Notes: generated by a model not told the origin, from the sequence alone. Numbered from the stretch's first letter, positions 19,810-31,075 are shown. The stretch: 64,000 nt of DNA from an uncultured Candidatus Rokubacteria bacterium (GCA_963762145.1 CAVXJS010000009.1:544001-608000); one strand, 5' to 3'. Translations and numbers: made by a program.

Positions 19810-21027
19810 TCACCGAGATGGTGAAGAAGGCAGACCTGACGAAGTAAGGCCCGCTGCCTTCGCCGCAGCCTCGGCGTGCGGCACGACGTCGTACGAATAG
19901 AGCTGCTTGCGGAATTCGGCATGCGCGAGAAGATCGGCGTCGCGCTTGCGCAGGTCATCGACCATCGAATCGACGCGCAGCCCATGCCGGCGAGCGCCCA
20001 GCTGGACCTCGGCGACGCGCTCGCGGCGCAGCCGCTCGTACGCGAGCAGGCAGGCGGGCGCGCTGGCGGTGTCGGCGCGAGTGAGGATGGTGGCGAGCGC
20101 GATGCCGTCCTCGATCGCCTGGTTGGCGCCCTGGCCGAGGTGCGGCAGCATCGGATGCGCCGCATCCCCGAGCAAGGTGAGACGGCCCCTGGTCCAGGTC
20201 GGCAGCGGCTCGCGGTCGTAGAGCGCCCAGCGGAGCGTCCGCTCGACCTGTTTCAGCACCTGCCCGATGCGCGGATCCCACCCGTAAAACTCGCGGCGCA
20301 GCACCTCCGGGTCGCCTGGTGCGGACCAGGACTCCTTCATCGTCTCGTCGGTCGGCACGAAGCCGACGTAGTTGACCATCTCACCGTGGCGCACCGGGAA
20401 GACGAGGAAGTGCTTCGAGGGCCCCGCCCACATCTGCCAGCGATCCATTGGCCAGTCCGGCAGGTGCTCGCGCGGCACCAGGCCGCGGTACGAGATCGTG
20501 CCGTGGAAGAGCGGCTTCGAGGGCGGGAAGACGTGAGGCCGCAGCTCGGAGTGGATGCCGTCGGCGCCGATCACCACGTCGGCCTCGGCGACGGTGCCGT
20601 TGGCGAACTTCACGCGGGCGATCTCCGCGGTCTGCTCGAAGCCGACCGCGCGGTGACCGGTGCGGATGATGCCGGCGGGCAGATGCGCCGCGAGAAACTC
20701 GATGTAGTCGGCGCGGTGCATGCCAAAACAGGCATTCCACCCCGCGGCGTCGGTCACCTGAACCGGCGCGATCGGAGCGCCGTCGTGGCGGAAATACGCG
20801 GATCCCGGGCCGACACGGGCGCCCCAGCGCTCGACCGCGCCGCCGAGCCCGATGCTCTCGAGGTGTCGGACCGCGTTCGGCGTCACGAAGACACCGGCGC
20901 CGATCTCGCCGATCGCCGTGGCCTGCTCGTAGACGGCAACGCGCAGCCCGCGCGCGAGCAGCGCGTTGGCCGCGAACAGGCCGCCGATGCCGCCGCCGAC
21001 GATCGCGACGCTGGGTCGGGTAACCAT
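19810..21027 (-). CDS. FAD-dependent monooxygenase (salicylate hydroxylase-like)
   Basis: VAIVGGGIGGL, IGADGIHS, LLGDAAHPMLPHLGQGANQAIED. Confidence 0.92.
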   Translation of the reverse strand: MVTRPSVAIVGGGIGGLFAANALLARGLRVAVYEQATAIGEIGAGVFVTPNAVRHLESIGLGGAVERWGARVGPGSAYFRHDGAPIAPVQVTDAAGWNACFGMHRADYIEFLAAHLPAGIIRTGHRAVGFEQTAEIARVKFANGTVAEADVVIGADGIHSELRPHVFPPSKPLFHGTISYRGLVPREHLPDWPMDRWQMWAGPSKHFLVFPVRHGEMVNYVGFVPTDETMKESWSAPGDPEVLRREFYGWDPRIGQVLKQVERTLRWALYDREPLPTWTRGRLTLLGDAAHPMLPHLGQGANQAIEDGIALATILTRADTASAPACLLAYERLRRERVAEVQLGARRHGLRVDSMVDDLRKRDADLLAHAEFRKQLYSYDVVPHAEAAAKAAGLTSSGLPSSPSR

Positions 21028-21131
21028 GCCCGTATTGTGCGGCTACTAGGGAGTCTCGCCACGCTGTTTCTCGACGTCGGCGTTGATCGAGGTGAGCACG
21101 ACCGCGTAGTAGGGCCGTTCGCATACCCTCC

Positions 21132-21160
21132 TTGGAAAGCCGCCCGCGCCCTGGCACAAT
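21132..21160 (+). promoter_or_regulatory. Putative sigma70 promoter of the LLM operon
   Basis: TTGGAA-N17-CACAAT with TG extension, upstream of AAGGAGGA RBS. Confidence 0.4.
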
Positions 21161-21206
21161 CATGGCCTGCCGCGATAGCCCGGGCCGCGGCGCCAAGGAG
21201 GAGCCC

Positions 21207-22320
21207 ATGAAATTCGGCCTGTTCTACGAGCTCTCGGTGCCGCGGCCATGGACGCGCGAGTCGGAGCGGACGGTCTACCAGAACGCGCTCGAGCAGGTGC
21301 AGCTCGCCGACGAGCTCGGCTTCGATCAGGTGTGGGCGGTCGAGCACCACTTCCTCGAGGAGTATTCCCACTGCCCGGCCCCCGAGCTGTTCCTGACCGC
21401 CTGCGCGATGATCACGAAGAAGATTCGCGTCGGCCACGGCATCGTCATCTGCGTCCCGGAGTTCAACCATCCGATCAAGATCGCGGAGCGCACCGCGGTG
21501 CTCGACATCCTCTCGGGCGGCCGCCTCGAGGTCGGCACCGGCCGATCCGCCACCTGGACCGAGCTCGGCGGCTTCCGCGCCAATCCGGACACGACGAAGA
21601 AATCGTGGGACGAGTTCGTGCGCTGCCTGCCGAAGATGTGGACGCAGGACACGTTCAGCTACGACGGCGAGTTCTGGTCCATGCCGGAGCGGACGATCGT
21701 GCCCAAGGTGTACCAGCGGCCGCACCCGCCGCTCTGGGTGGCGGTGACCTCGCCCGGCACCGAGCTCGACGCCGCCGACCGCGGCCTCGGCAGCCTCGGG
21801 CTCACGTTCGGGCAGTTCGCGGAGCAGGAAAAGCGCATCGCCGAGTACCGGCGGCGGATCCGCTCCTGCGAGCCGGTCGGCGCATTCGTCAACGACCAGG
21901 TCAGCACCGTGAACTTCCTGTACTGTCACGAGGACGACGCGACGGGACGCGCCACCGGGCGTCGCATGGCAGACACCTTCAACTACCTCGCCGCGCAGCT
22001 GATCTCGGCGCGGGAGGCGTTCCCCAGCCGCTCGTACCAGTCGCTCGGTCTCCTGCCCCAGCTGAGGCGCCAGGCGACCGGGCCCGACGCCACCGAGCAG
22101 GCGGGCGAAGGGCTCGCGTTCGGCGGACCCGCAGCGGGTGGTGCACGCGCTCAAGCGCTGGGAAGCGGTCGGCGTCGATCGGGTCAACTTCCTGATGAAC
22201 GCCATGGAGGTCATCCCGCAGGCGGACGTGCTCGCCAGCCTGCGGCTCTTCGCCAAGGAGGTCATGCCCGCGTTCGCGGACGACAAGCCGGCCGGCAGTG
22301 CGCCGGCCGTGAGCGCCTGA
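21207..22320 (+). CDS. LLM class (luciferase-like) flavin-dependent oxidoreductase (frameshift near 22130)
   Basis: MKFGLFYE, WAVEHHFLEEYSH, LDILSGGRLEVGTGR, LRLFAKEVMPAF. Confidence 0.92.
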
Positions 22321-23085
22321 TGCCCACCTTCGGCACGCTGGAGCTGACCTCGCGTCGTCGACCGCCTCCCGACGATGCGCGATCTCGATACCGAGGCGTG
22401 GCTGCTGCCCGGCGCGGAGATCCTCCAGCTTGCGTTCGAGGTGCCGCGCACCACCGAGTCGCTGCTCCCGCGGGCGATGCACCCGGCGATTCCGCCGTAC
22501 GCGACGATCTGGGTCACCCGCTACGCCGAGAGTCCGGTCGGCCCGTTCACTCTCGCGCAGCTGCGGCTCATGGGACGCGCGGGAGCGCATCCCCGGGGCT
22601 TCGTGCTGGGCGCGGTCGCGAGCACGGACGGCGCGGCGACCGCCCTGCGGGAACGGTGGGGCCTGCCGGTGGTGCCGGGTCAGGTCGCCTTCCGGCGCCG
22701 GCACGACCGCATCACCGCCACGGTGATGCGCGACGGGGTGACGGTGCTCGACTGCGGGCTGATCGATCCCGAGCCGATCTCCGGCGGCGACGTGCAGTAC
22801 ATCCATTCGGTGACGCTCGCCCACGCCCCGCTCGACGGGAAGACCGACCCCCGGCTGATCCAGGTCGACTCGCGCTACACGATCAAGAAGGCGGAGCGCG
22901 GGCGCCCCCATGTCGGCGTGCTGGTCCCGTCCGCATGGAACGCCGAGCCGGTACGGCCGCTCAACCCGATCGCCGCGACGGTGACCTCGAGCGACACCGA
23001 CCTGCCGCGCATCCGCTTCGTGATGGATGTCGAGGTCCCGGTGGTGCGGGGCACCCGCCGCATCCGCGAGTCGCGCGAGGAGTGA
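22320..23085 (+). CDS. Acetoacetate decarboxylase superfamily protein (frameshift near 22355)
   Basis: TGATG coupling to LLM gene; SLLP...HP, ESPVGPFTLAQL, RERWGLP pattern. Confidence 0.7.
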
Positions 23086-23101
23086 CCGGGCAGGGCCGTC
23101 G

Positions 23102-23960
23102 ATGGCCATGACGCCACGGCGCAGCGTGCTGTTCATGCCCGGCTCCAACGCGCGGGCCCTCGACAAGGCGCGCACGCTCCCGGCCGACGCGCTCATCCTG
23201 GACCTGGAAGACGCCGTCGCGCCGGACATGAAGGGGCCGGCTCGGGCCCAGGTCCTGGCCGCGGTACGAGCCGGCGGCTACGGGCGCCGCGAGCTCGTCA
23301 TCCGGGTCAACGCCCCCGGCACGCCCTGGGCGCGCGACGACCTGACCGCGATGGCGAACGCCGGCGTCGGTGCGGTGCTCCTGCCCAAGGTCGAGTCCGC
23401 CGAGACCGTGACCGCGGCGATCGGCCGCCCTGGGCCCGACCCAGGCGGTGTGGTGCATGCTGGAGACACCCCGTGGAATCCTGAACGCGCCCTCGATCGC
23501 TGCCGCGAGCCCGCGCGTCGCCGCACTGGTCATGGGCACCTCGGACCTGACGAAGGATCTCCACGCACGCGCCACGCCCGAGCGCGGCCCGCTCCTGACC
23601 AGCCTCCAGCTGTGCGTGCTCGCGGCGCGCGCCGCCGGGATCACCGCGCTCGACGGCGTCCACCTGGATCTCGACGATGACGCCGGCTTCGCCGCGGCCT
23701 GCCGTCAGGCCGCCGACTTCGGCTTCGACGGCAAGACGCTCATCCACCCCCGGCAGGTCGCCGTCGCCAACGAGGTCTTTGCTCCGACCGCGAGCGACGT
23801 GGACTGGGCGCGCCGGGTGATCGCGGCCCACGCCGACGCCACCGCTCGGGGCCACGCCGTCGTCGTGCTCGACGGCCGCCTGATCGAGAACCTGCACGTC
23901 GACGACGCCCGTCGCGTGCTGACCCTGGCCGACGCGATCGCGGCGCGCGCAACGGGGTGA
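23102..23960 (+). CDS. CitE/HpcH family CoA-ester lyase (malyl/citramalyl-CoA lyase-like; frameshift near 23430)
   Basis: RRSVLFMPGSN, LILDLEDAV, IRVN, MLETPRG, MGTSDL, GFDGKTLIHP. Confidence 0.9.
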
Positions 23961-23996
23961 GCGGAGGCGAGCGGGCAAGCCGCTCCGTGTGGCACG

Positions 23997-24180
23997 TCAC
24001 GCCGGGAACGCGGGAAGCACGTAGCGGGAGAACATGCGCATCTGGTCGCGCACCTCGTTCACCGTGTTGCCCACGAACAGGGTGGCGCAGAAATGGTCGA
24101 GACCCGCTCGCTCGAACGCGGCCACCTTCTCACAGACCTCGTCCGGATTGCCGATCAGGTTCGCGGTGAGGTAGGCGTCG
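23997..24180 (-). pseudogene. C-terminal remnant of a second LLM oxidoreductase
   Basis: YLTANLIGNPDEVCEKVAAFERAGLDHF...QMRMFSRYVLPAF, with no N-terminal part before the ABC transporter promoter. Confidence 0.7.
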
Positions 24181-24225
24181 CGGCTGACGCCTCTCGTTCG
24201 TGCGAGCGAGCCCCTGAAGGACGCC

Positions 24226-24258
24226 TTGCAGTAGTGCAGGGGCCGGCAGTATACTGCC
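24226..24258 (+). promoter_or_regulatory. Sigma70-like promoter with an overlapping perfect palindrome (putative operator) for the ABC operon
   Basis: TTGCAG-N18-TATACT; GGCAGTATACTGCC at 24245-24258. Confidence 0.6.
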
Positions 24259-24344
24259 TCCCCAATTGCGGGTCGCTCTCGTCCCGAGGGACCCGTGTCG
24301 ACACGCAACATCCGCTCGGGCTCGGCAGGATCGGCCGGAGGACC

Positions 24345-25289
24345 ATGGTCCGATTCGTCCTTTCTCGTCTCGGGCAGACCTTGGCCGTGCTCTTCACGGT
24401 CTCGGTGATCATCTTTGCCCTGATGCGGATGATCCCGGGCGACCCGGTCCTGATGCGTCTCGGCGACGATTTCACCCAGGCGGCGTACGACCGCCTCCGC
24501 GGCGAGCTCGGCTTCGACCGCTCCATCGTCACCCAGTACCTCATCTGGATCCGGAACGTCCTCTCCGGCGATCTCGGCGATTCCTTTCTCAATCACGAGC
24601 GCGTCTCCAAGCTGGTGCTCGACGCGTTCGTTCCCACGCTGATCCTGGTGGTGGCCAGCGTGATCGTGGGCACCCTCATCGCGGTGCCCTCGGGTCTCAT
24701 CGCCGCGATGCGGAAGGACTCGGCCTGGGACTACGGGTCGATGGGCTTCGCCATCTTCGTCTACTCGATGCCGTCTTTCTGGAAGGGCATCATCCTGATC
24801 TGGATCTTCAGCGTGTACCTTGGGTGGTTCCCCGCGATGGGTTACGTGGCCCCGTGGACGGACCTCTCGCAGGGCCTCTGGCGTCTCGTCCTGCCCGCGG
24901 TGACCCTCGGCACCTTCTTCTCCGGACTGGTCGCCCGGATCATCCGCTCGAGCGTGCTCGAAGTCCTCGACCAGGACTACGTCAAGGCCGCGCGAGCCCG
25001 CGGCGTCCGCCGGGCCGCGCTCGTCTACAAGCACGCGCTGGCCAACGCCCTCATCCCGGTGGTGACCGTGATCGGGCTGCAGTTCGGGACCCTGCTGGGC
25101 GGCGCGGTGCTGACCGAGACCGTGTTCGCGATCCCGGGGATGGGCCGGCTCTCCGTGAGCGCCATCCTGAACCGGGACTACTCGGTGGTGCAGGGCGCGA
25201 TCCTGGTCGGGGTCCTCGCGGTGGTGGTGGTGAATCTCCTGGTGGACATCCTGTACGCGTTCCTCAACCCCCGTATCCGGGTGGCGTAA
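24345..25289 (+). CDS. dppB: Dpp/Opp-type ABC transporter permease 1
   Basis: IPGDP, GDLGDS, EVLDQDYVKAARARG, ETVFAIPGMG, NRDY. Confidence 0.92.
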   Translation: MVRFVLSRLGQTLAVLFTVSVIIFALMRMIPGDPVLMRLGDDFTQAAYDRLRGELGFDRSIVTQYLIWIRNVLSGDLGDSFLNHERVSKLVLDAFVPTLILVVASVIVGTLIAVPSGLIAAMRKDSAWDYGSMGFAIFVYSMPSFWKGIILIWIFSVYLGWFPAMGYVAPWTDLSQGLWRLVLPAVTLGTFFSGLVARIIRSSVLEVLDQDYVKAARARGVRRAALVYKHALANALIPVVTVIGLQFGTLLGGAVLTETVFAIPGMGRLSVSAILNRDYSVVQGAILVGVLAVVVVNLLVDILYAFLNPRIRVA

Positions 25290-26221
25290 TGGCGTCACCC
25301 CTCGGCGCCGGCGACCGCCCGTTCGATGCCGAGGGCCTGGGCGTTCCCGGCCCGGTGGCCCCCGCCGCGACGACGGGCGGGCATGCGAGCGTCCGCCGCT
25401 GGTGGCGGCGGTTCGCGCGAAACCCCGGCGCCGTGTTCGGGCTCGCGGTGTTCCTCCTGATCGTCGCGATGGCGGCTTTCGCCCCCGTCCTCGCCCCCTA
25501 CGATCCGATCGCCCAAGGCGTGGGCACTGCCCTCGAGCGCCCGTCCGCGGCCCACTGGGCGGGCACCGACAGCTTCGGCCGAGACATCCTGAGCCGGATC
25601 ATCTACGGGGCGCGCGTGGCCCTCGTGGTCGGCATCGTCGCGGTCCTGCTGGCCATGGTCATCGGGGTGACCCTCGGGCTGATCTCGGGGTACTACGGCG
25701 GGATCGTGGACACCGTGATCATGCGGATCATGGACGGCCTTTTCGCGTTTCCCATCATCATCCTGGCGATCGCGATGATGGCGGTGATGGGCTTCGGGGT
25801 GCGTAACGTGATCATCGCCGTCGGGGTCGGCTTCATCGCCCCCTTCGCGCGGGTGACCCGCGGCGACGTCCTCGCGGTGAAGGAGGAGCCCTACATCGAA
25901 GCGGCCCGCCTCGCCGGCGTGGGCAGCTTCGCGATCATCTTCCAGCACGTGCTGCCCAACGTGCTGGCCCCGATCATCGTCCAGGGCGCGCTCCGGGTCT
26001 CGGGCGCCATCATCACCGAGTCCGGCCTGTCGTTCCTTGGGCTCGGCCCGCCGCCGCCCACTCCGGCGTGGGGCTCGCATGATCGCCGAGGGCCAGGCGT
26101 TCATCGTGATGGCGCCCCACGTCTCGACGATTCCCGGCATCGCGCTCATGCTGGCGATCGTCGCGCTCAACCTGCTGGGCGACGGGCTGCGCGATACCCT
26201 CGACCCGCGGATCGCCGGTGA
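25289..26221 (+). CDS. dppC: Dpp/Opp-type ABC transporter permease 2 (frameshifted, end approximate)
   Basis: GTDSFGRDILSRIIYGAR, EPYIEAAR, ESGLSFLGLG, NLLGDGLRDTLDPR. Confidence 0.88.
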   Translation: MASPLGAGDRPFDAEGLGVPGPVAPAATTGGHASVRRWWRRFARNPGAVFGLAVFLLIVAMAAFAPVLAPYDPIAQGVGTALERPSAAHWAGTDSFGRDILSRIIYGARVALVVGIVAVLLAMVIGVTLGLISGYYGGIVDTVIMRIMDGLFAFPIIILAIAMMAVMGFGVRNVIIAVGVGFIAPFARVTRGDVLAVKEEPYIEAARLAGVGSFAIIFQHVLPNVLAPIIVQGALRVSGAIITESGLSFLGLGPPPPTPAWGSHDRRGPGVHRDGAPRLDDSRHRAHAGDRRAQPAGRRAARYPRPADRR

Positions 26222-27191
26222 CCGGCCGATCCGGTGCTGGACGTCAAGAACCTCACGGTCGAGTTCAGCTCGGAGGACGGCGTCGCTGCGCGCGGTGGAC
26301 GCGGTGAGCTTCCAGATCCGGCGCGGGGAGATCGTCGGGCTGGTGGGCGAGTCGGGAGCGGGCAAGTCGCTGACCTCGGAAGCGATCCTCGGCCTGATCC
26401 GCCGGCCCCCTGGCCGGATGGCGGGCGAGGTCTGGTTCGGCGGCCGCGACCTGCTGACCCTCGACGAGACCGCGCTCGCCCGCATCCGCGGCAAGGACAT
26501 CGCGATGATCTTCCAGAACCCGGGCGCCTCGCTGAACCCGGTGTTTCGCGTGGGCGAGCAGATGCTGGAGGCGATGATGCTGCACCTTCCCGAGGGACGG
26601 GCCACGCTGGCCGAGCGCGTGGTCGAAACGTTGGGGCGAGTGGGCATCTCGTCGCCGCGGACGCGCGCCCGCGACTATCCCCACCAGTTCAGCGGGGGCA
26701 TGGCACAGCGGGTGATGATCGGGATGGGGATTTCCTGCACGCCGAGCCTGCTCATCGCGGACGAGCCGACCACCGCGCTCGACGTGACGATCCAGGCGCA
26801 GGTCCTGGCCCTGATCCGGCGGCTCGCCCGCGAGCTCGGGATGGCGGTGCTCCTCGTCTCGCACGACCTCGGGATCATCTCGCAGATGTGCCATCGCGTG
26901 CTCGTCATGTACGCCGGGCGCGTCGTCGAGGAGGCGTCGGTCTCGACGCTCTTCCGCGCGCCCGCCCACCCCTACACCCGCGGGCTGATCGAGTGCCTGC
27001 CCCGACTCGACGGCAATGGCCGGCTCGGCGCCATCGGCGGCGCGATGCCGGGGCTCCGGGCGCTGCCGTCCGGCTGCCGGTTCCATCCCCGCTGTCCCAT
27101 CGCCGAGCCGCGCTGTCGCGACGAGTCCCCGGCGCTCCGGTCCCTCACGGCCGGCCATGCGGCTGCCTGTCACCTCGCGGGAGTGTCGTGA
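26218..27191 (+). CDS. dppD: Dpp/Opp-type ABC transporter ATPase 1 (frameshifted, start approximate)
   Basis: [39 protein letters not shown]. Confidence 0.9.
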
Positions 27192-28208
27192 CCCGCTCCG
27201 CGCCGTCTGCTCCAAGTTGCCGACCTCGTCAAGCACTTCCCGATTCGCGGCAACCCCCTGGCCGCGCTGTGGCCGGCCGCACGCCTCGCGTGGTGCACGC
27301 CGTCGACGGGGTGAGCTTCGCGATCGAGCCCGGCGAGACGCTCGGGCTGGTCGGAGAGTCGGGCTGCGGCAAGACCACGACCGGCCGACTGGTCCTGCGC
27401 GCCATCGATCCGACGCGCGGCCGCATCATCTTCGAAGGGCAGGACATCACGGCGCTGCCCGCGCGCCGGCTCATGCCGTTCCGTCGAAAGGTCCAGATCG
27501 TCTTCCAGGACCCCTACAGCTCGCTCAACCCGCGGATGACGGTGGGCCGCATGGTGGGTGAGCCCATCCGCGTGCACCGGATCGCGGAGGGCGCGGAGGT
27601 CGAAGCGCGGGTGCGAGCGCTCCTCGATATGGTGGGGCTCTCAGCCCGAGTACTTCCACCGTTACCCGCACGAGCTCTCCGGCGGCCAGCGGCAGCGGGT
27701 GGGCATCGCCCGCGCCCTCGCGGCGGGACCGCGGCTCGTGGTGGCCGACGAGGCGGTCTCGGCGCTCGACGTCTCGGTGCGCGCCCAGATCCTGAATCTG
27801 CTCGTGGACCTGCGCGAGCGTCTGGGCCTGGCCTTCCTCTTTGTCTCCCACGATCTGGGGGTGATCCGCTTCGTGAGCCACCGGGTCGCGGTGATGTACC
27901 TGGGCAAGCTCGTGGAAGTGGCGCCGACCGCCCGGCTGTTCAAGCAGCCGCTGCATCCCTACACCCAGGCGCTGCTGGCCGCCATCCCGGCGGTGGGCGA
28001 CGGCTCCGCGTCGATCTTCGACGACCCGACCCGCCTGCTGGAAGGCGAGCTCCCCAACCCGATCGACCTGCCGCGGGGCTGTCGTTTCGCGAGTCGCTGT
28101 CCCCACCGGATGGCCCGGTGCGATGAGGCGGAGCCCGATCTCCGCGAGGCGGCACCGGGCCACGCCGTCGCGTGCTACCTCTACACCGAAGGAGGAGGAT
28201 CCTCATGA
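27188..28208 (+). CDS. dppF: Dpp/Opp-type ABC transporter ATPase 2 (frameshifted)
   Basis: [44 protein letters not shown]. Confidence 0.9.
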
Positions 28209-29871
28209 AGAGTCGCGATGGGTTCGAGGAAGTCAACCGCGAGCTGCGCGAAGGCGCCTGGAGGGACGATCCGGTCTCCCGCCGCGCGATGCTGCAGGCG
28301 CTCGGTCTCACCGCGGCCGGGCTCGCCGCCGGGTTGCCGCTCGAGCGTGCCCGGGGCCGCGCACGGGCAGACGCCGAAGCGGGGCGGCACGATCAAGATC
28401 GGCAGCTTCCAGAACATCGACACGCTGGACGCCCACAACACGACCTTCATCACGGCCTGCGCCATCCACAACAACATCTACAATGGCCTGCTCCGCATCA
28501 CCTCCCCCGACGGCAAGAGCGTGGACTTCAAGCCGGACCTGGCCCGCGAGTGGGAGATGCAGGGCGACCGGGTCCACGTGTTCCGGCTTCACAAGGGCGT
28601 CACCTTCCACAACGGCGATCCGTGCACGTCGGCCGACATCAAATGGAACCTCGAGCGCGTCAAGGACAAGGCGCAGGCGCCCATTCATGCCTGGAAGCTC
28701 GCCCTGCTCGAGTCGATCGAGACGCCCCGACCCGCTCACCATCAAGCTCTCCTTCGCCAAGCCCTATCCGTTCCTCCGCGTCGCCTTCACCGGCTCCACC
28801 GGCCGGGCCGCCACCATCCTGTCGCCTCGCGCGGTCAAGGAGAAGGGCAAGGTCTACGGCCGGAGCCCGGTGGGGACCGGCCCGTTCAAGTTCGTCGAGT
28901 GGAAGGAGGGCGACTTCATCTCCCTCGAGCGCTTCGCGGACTACTGGGAGAAGGACGCCGGCGGCGGCAAGCTGCCGTACGCCGACAAGCTGCTCATCAA
29001 GTTCATCATCGAGCCCTCGACGCTGGTCGCCGCGCTCAAGACCGGTGAAGTGGACGGTATCAACAACGTGTCACCTCAGTTCGTCGCCGAACTCCGCAAG
29101 GACCCCAAGCTCACCGTGTCCACCGCGGTGGGTGGCAACTGGCGATGCCTGCACATGAACCTGGCCAAGGAGCCCTTCTCGGACAAGAACCTCCGCAAGG
29201 CGGTGGCCTTTGCCATCGACCGAAAGGAGATCCTGGATCGGGTCGAGTTCGGCGAGGGCATCATTGCCCACGGCCCCATCTCCCCGCCCATGGGCGGTTT
29301 CTACGACCCCGCCTTCGAGACCGGCAAGAATGGGCAGTACTTCGACCTCGAGCAGGCCAAGCAGCTCATGAAGCAGTCCAAGTACCCGAACGGCACCGAG
29401 GTGATGCTCCTCTCCGGCAATGCGGGCACCGGCCCGCGCCAGGCCGAGGTGCTCCAGGCCCAGCTCGCCAAGATCGGTATCAAGGTCAATATCGAGCTCG
29501 CGGATGCCCCCACGTTCCGGCGCCGCTGGCTGCAGGAGAAGCAGTGGGATCTGGTGCAGGTCCAGTGGGACGCCGATCTCGACCCCGATGAGACGCTGTA
29601 CCCCGAGCTGCACTCCTCCGAGGCGTGGAACGCCGGCCGGTGGGTCAACGCGGACTTCGACAAGATGGTCGAGGGCGCCCGGTCCGAGGCCGACTTCAAG
29701 AAGCGCAAGAAGTTCTACGACGAGGCAGTGCGACTCATCGTCGAGGACGCGCCGGTGGCCATCCTGCTCCACCTGAACGAGCAGAAGGTCTTCCACAAGT
29801 ACGTCAAGGGCTTCCAGATGGTTCCCGCGGGGCTGATCGACATGCACCGGGTGTGGCTGGATAAAGCGTAG
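28205..29871 (+). CDS. Family 5 ABC substrate-binding protein with twin-arginine signal (frameshifted)
   Basis: [49 protein letters not shown]. Confidence 0.9.
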
Positions 29872-29880
29872 GCGGCGGCA

Positions 29881-29918
29881 CCCCTCACCCTACCCTCTCC
29901 CCCTCACGGGGGAGAGGG
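29881..29918 (+). repeat. REP-like palindromic repeat, family A
   Basis: CCCCTCACCCTACCCTCTCCCCC-TCAC-GGGGGAGAGGG between convergent genes. Confidence 0.85.
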
Positions 29919-29975
29919 CGGCGGTGTGCGAGCGCGCCCTTGCATCACACCCGCATGGCGGCGGCGAGCCCGCCG

Positions 29976-31010
29976 CTACGGAAGCAGGTGCCTGGAGAAA
30001 TAAGCCGCGATCTTGCGGTCGACCTCGGGCAGTGCGGTCCGGTTGAAGCCCGGCGGGTCCTTCAACAGCTCGCCGACCAGCCCGGTGAGACCGGGCGGCA
30101 GAGGTGACAGCAGCGCCCCATGACCGCCCTCGCGGATGTCGGCAACTGTCTCGCAAGCCGCGCATGCCTTGAGGACCGCGTCTCCATGAAAGCGAGGCAC
30201 GAGCCACGCATCGTGACGGGCCGTCACCAGCCCCAACGGCACGGGCGGTGCCGCAAGCGAGTTCATGTCGAAGTCGGCGGCGTATGGCACCGCCGCGACG
30301 ATCGCGGCGACGCGGGGGTCGGAGTGGGTCTGCCACGTCGCATCCCGGAACTTGAAGCGAATCACCCACAGCGCAAGCGTCTGGGTGGCCCCGTCAAGGA
30401 AGTTGCGCTGGCGCCGGACCGCGAGACCGACGCAGGAGTAGAAGTCGTCGGCGATGTGAGCCTCACAGTGCTCCTTGAAGCGCGCCGGGGACCACCGGCC
30501 GCCCGCCAGGCTCAACGCGGTGTGGCCGCCCGCCGACATGCCGTACACGCCGACCTTGTCCAGCGCCAGCAGCGGCTTGAAGCGTGAGTCTTGCGCGACC
30601 GCGTCGATCGCGCGCGACACCTCGGCCGGCCGCCGGCGCCAGCTCTCGGGCCCGGGCGTGCTGTGGTCCTTGACATTGTCGCCCCGGTGCTCGGGCATCG
30701 CCACGACGAAGCCGACATCCACCAGAGCGCGCGCCAGGTTCGAGTGCACCCACGGCGAGCCACCCGAGCCGTGCGACATGACGACGAGCCGTCCGTTGCC
30801 GCGCGCGGGAGCCCCCTGCCAGGCCATCTGGAAGGTGAACGGCCCGCGCTTGAGCGTCTGCGCCTCGCTGCTGGACGGGTAGTAGATGGTGACGGGGCCG
30901 TCGCCGTCCTTGCCGGCGATCTCGGTTAGCCCGACCGCAGCCTCTGCGGTCGCGAGCCGGAGAAGAGCAGTGAGCAGGAACCCGGCCGCGATGTGACTTG
31001 GCAAGATCAT
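29976..31010 (-). CDS. Secreted alpha/beta hydrolase (dienelactone hydrolase-like)
   Basis: SHGSGG, nucleophile elbow GMSAGG, GGHGA; signal peptide. Confidence 0.85.
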   Translation of the reverse strand: MILPSHIAAGFLLTALLRLATAEAAVGLTEIAGKDGDGPVTIYYPSSSEAQTLKRGPFTFQMAWQGAPARGNGRLVVMSHGSGGSPWVHSNLARALVDVGFVVAMPEHRGDNVKDHSTPGPESWRRRPAEVSRAIDAVAQDSRFKPLLALDKVGVYGMSAGGHTALSLAGGRWSPARFKEHCEAHIADDFYSCVGLAVRRQRNFLDGATQTLALWVIRFKFRDATWQTHSDPRVAAIVAAVPYAADFDMNSLAAPPVPLGLVTARHDAWLVPRFHGDAVLKACAACETVADIREGGHGALLSPLPPGLTGLVGELLKDPPGFNRTALPEVDRKIAAYFSRHLLP

Positions 31011-31075
31011 GCGCTATCCAGAGATGGTACCCCTCGTGCCACGCAAGCAGGTGGGACGCGTGCCCGGGCGGCGCC

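Noticed and set aside
26037-27191. Possible permease-ATPase (dppC-dppD) fusion
   Set aside because: The junction contains indels; separate genes and a fusion are about equally parsimonious, so no claim is made
1-29000. Mass pseudogenisation or programmed frameshifting suggested by many broken genes
   Set aside because: Breaks hit essential genes (polA, ftsK, rnj, coaE, murA), are single-base indels in GC runs without in-frame stop accumulation, and are patchy along the contig; this fits long-read error
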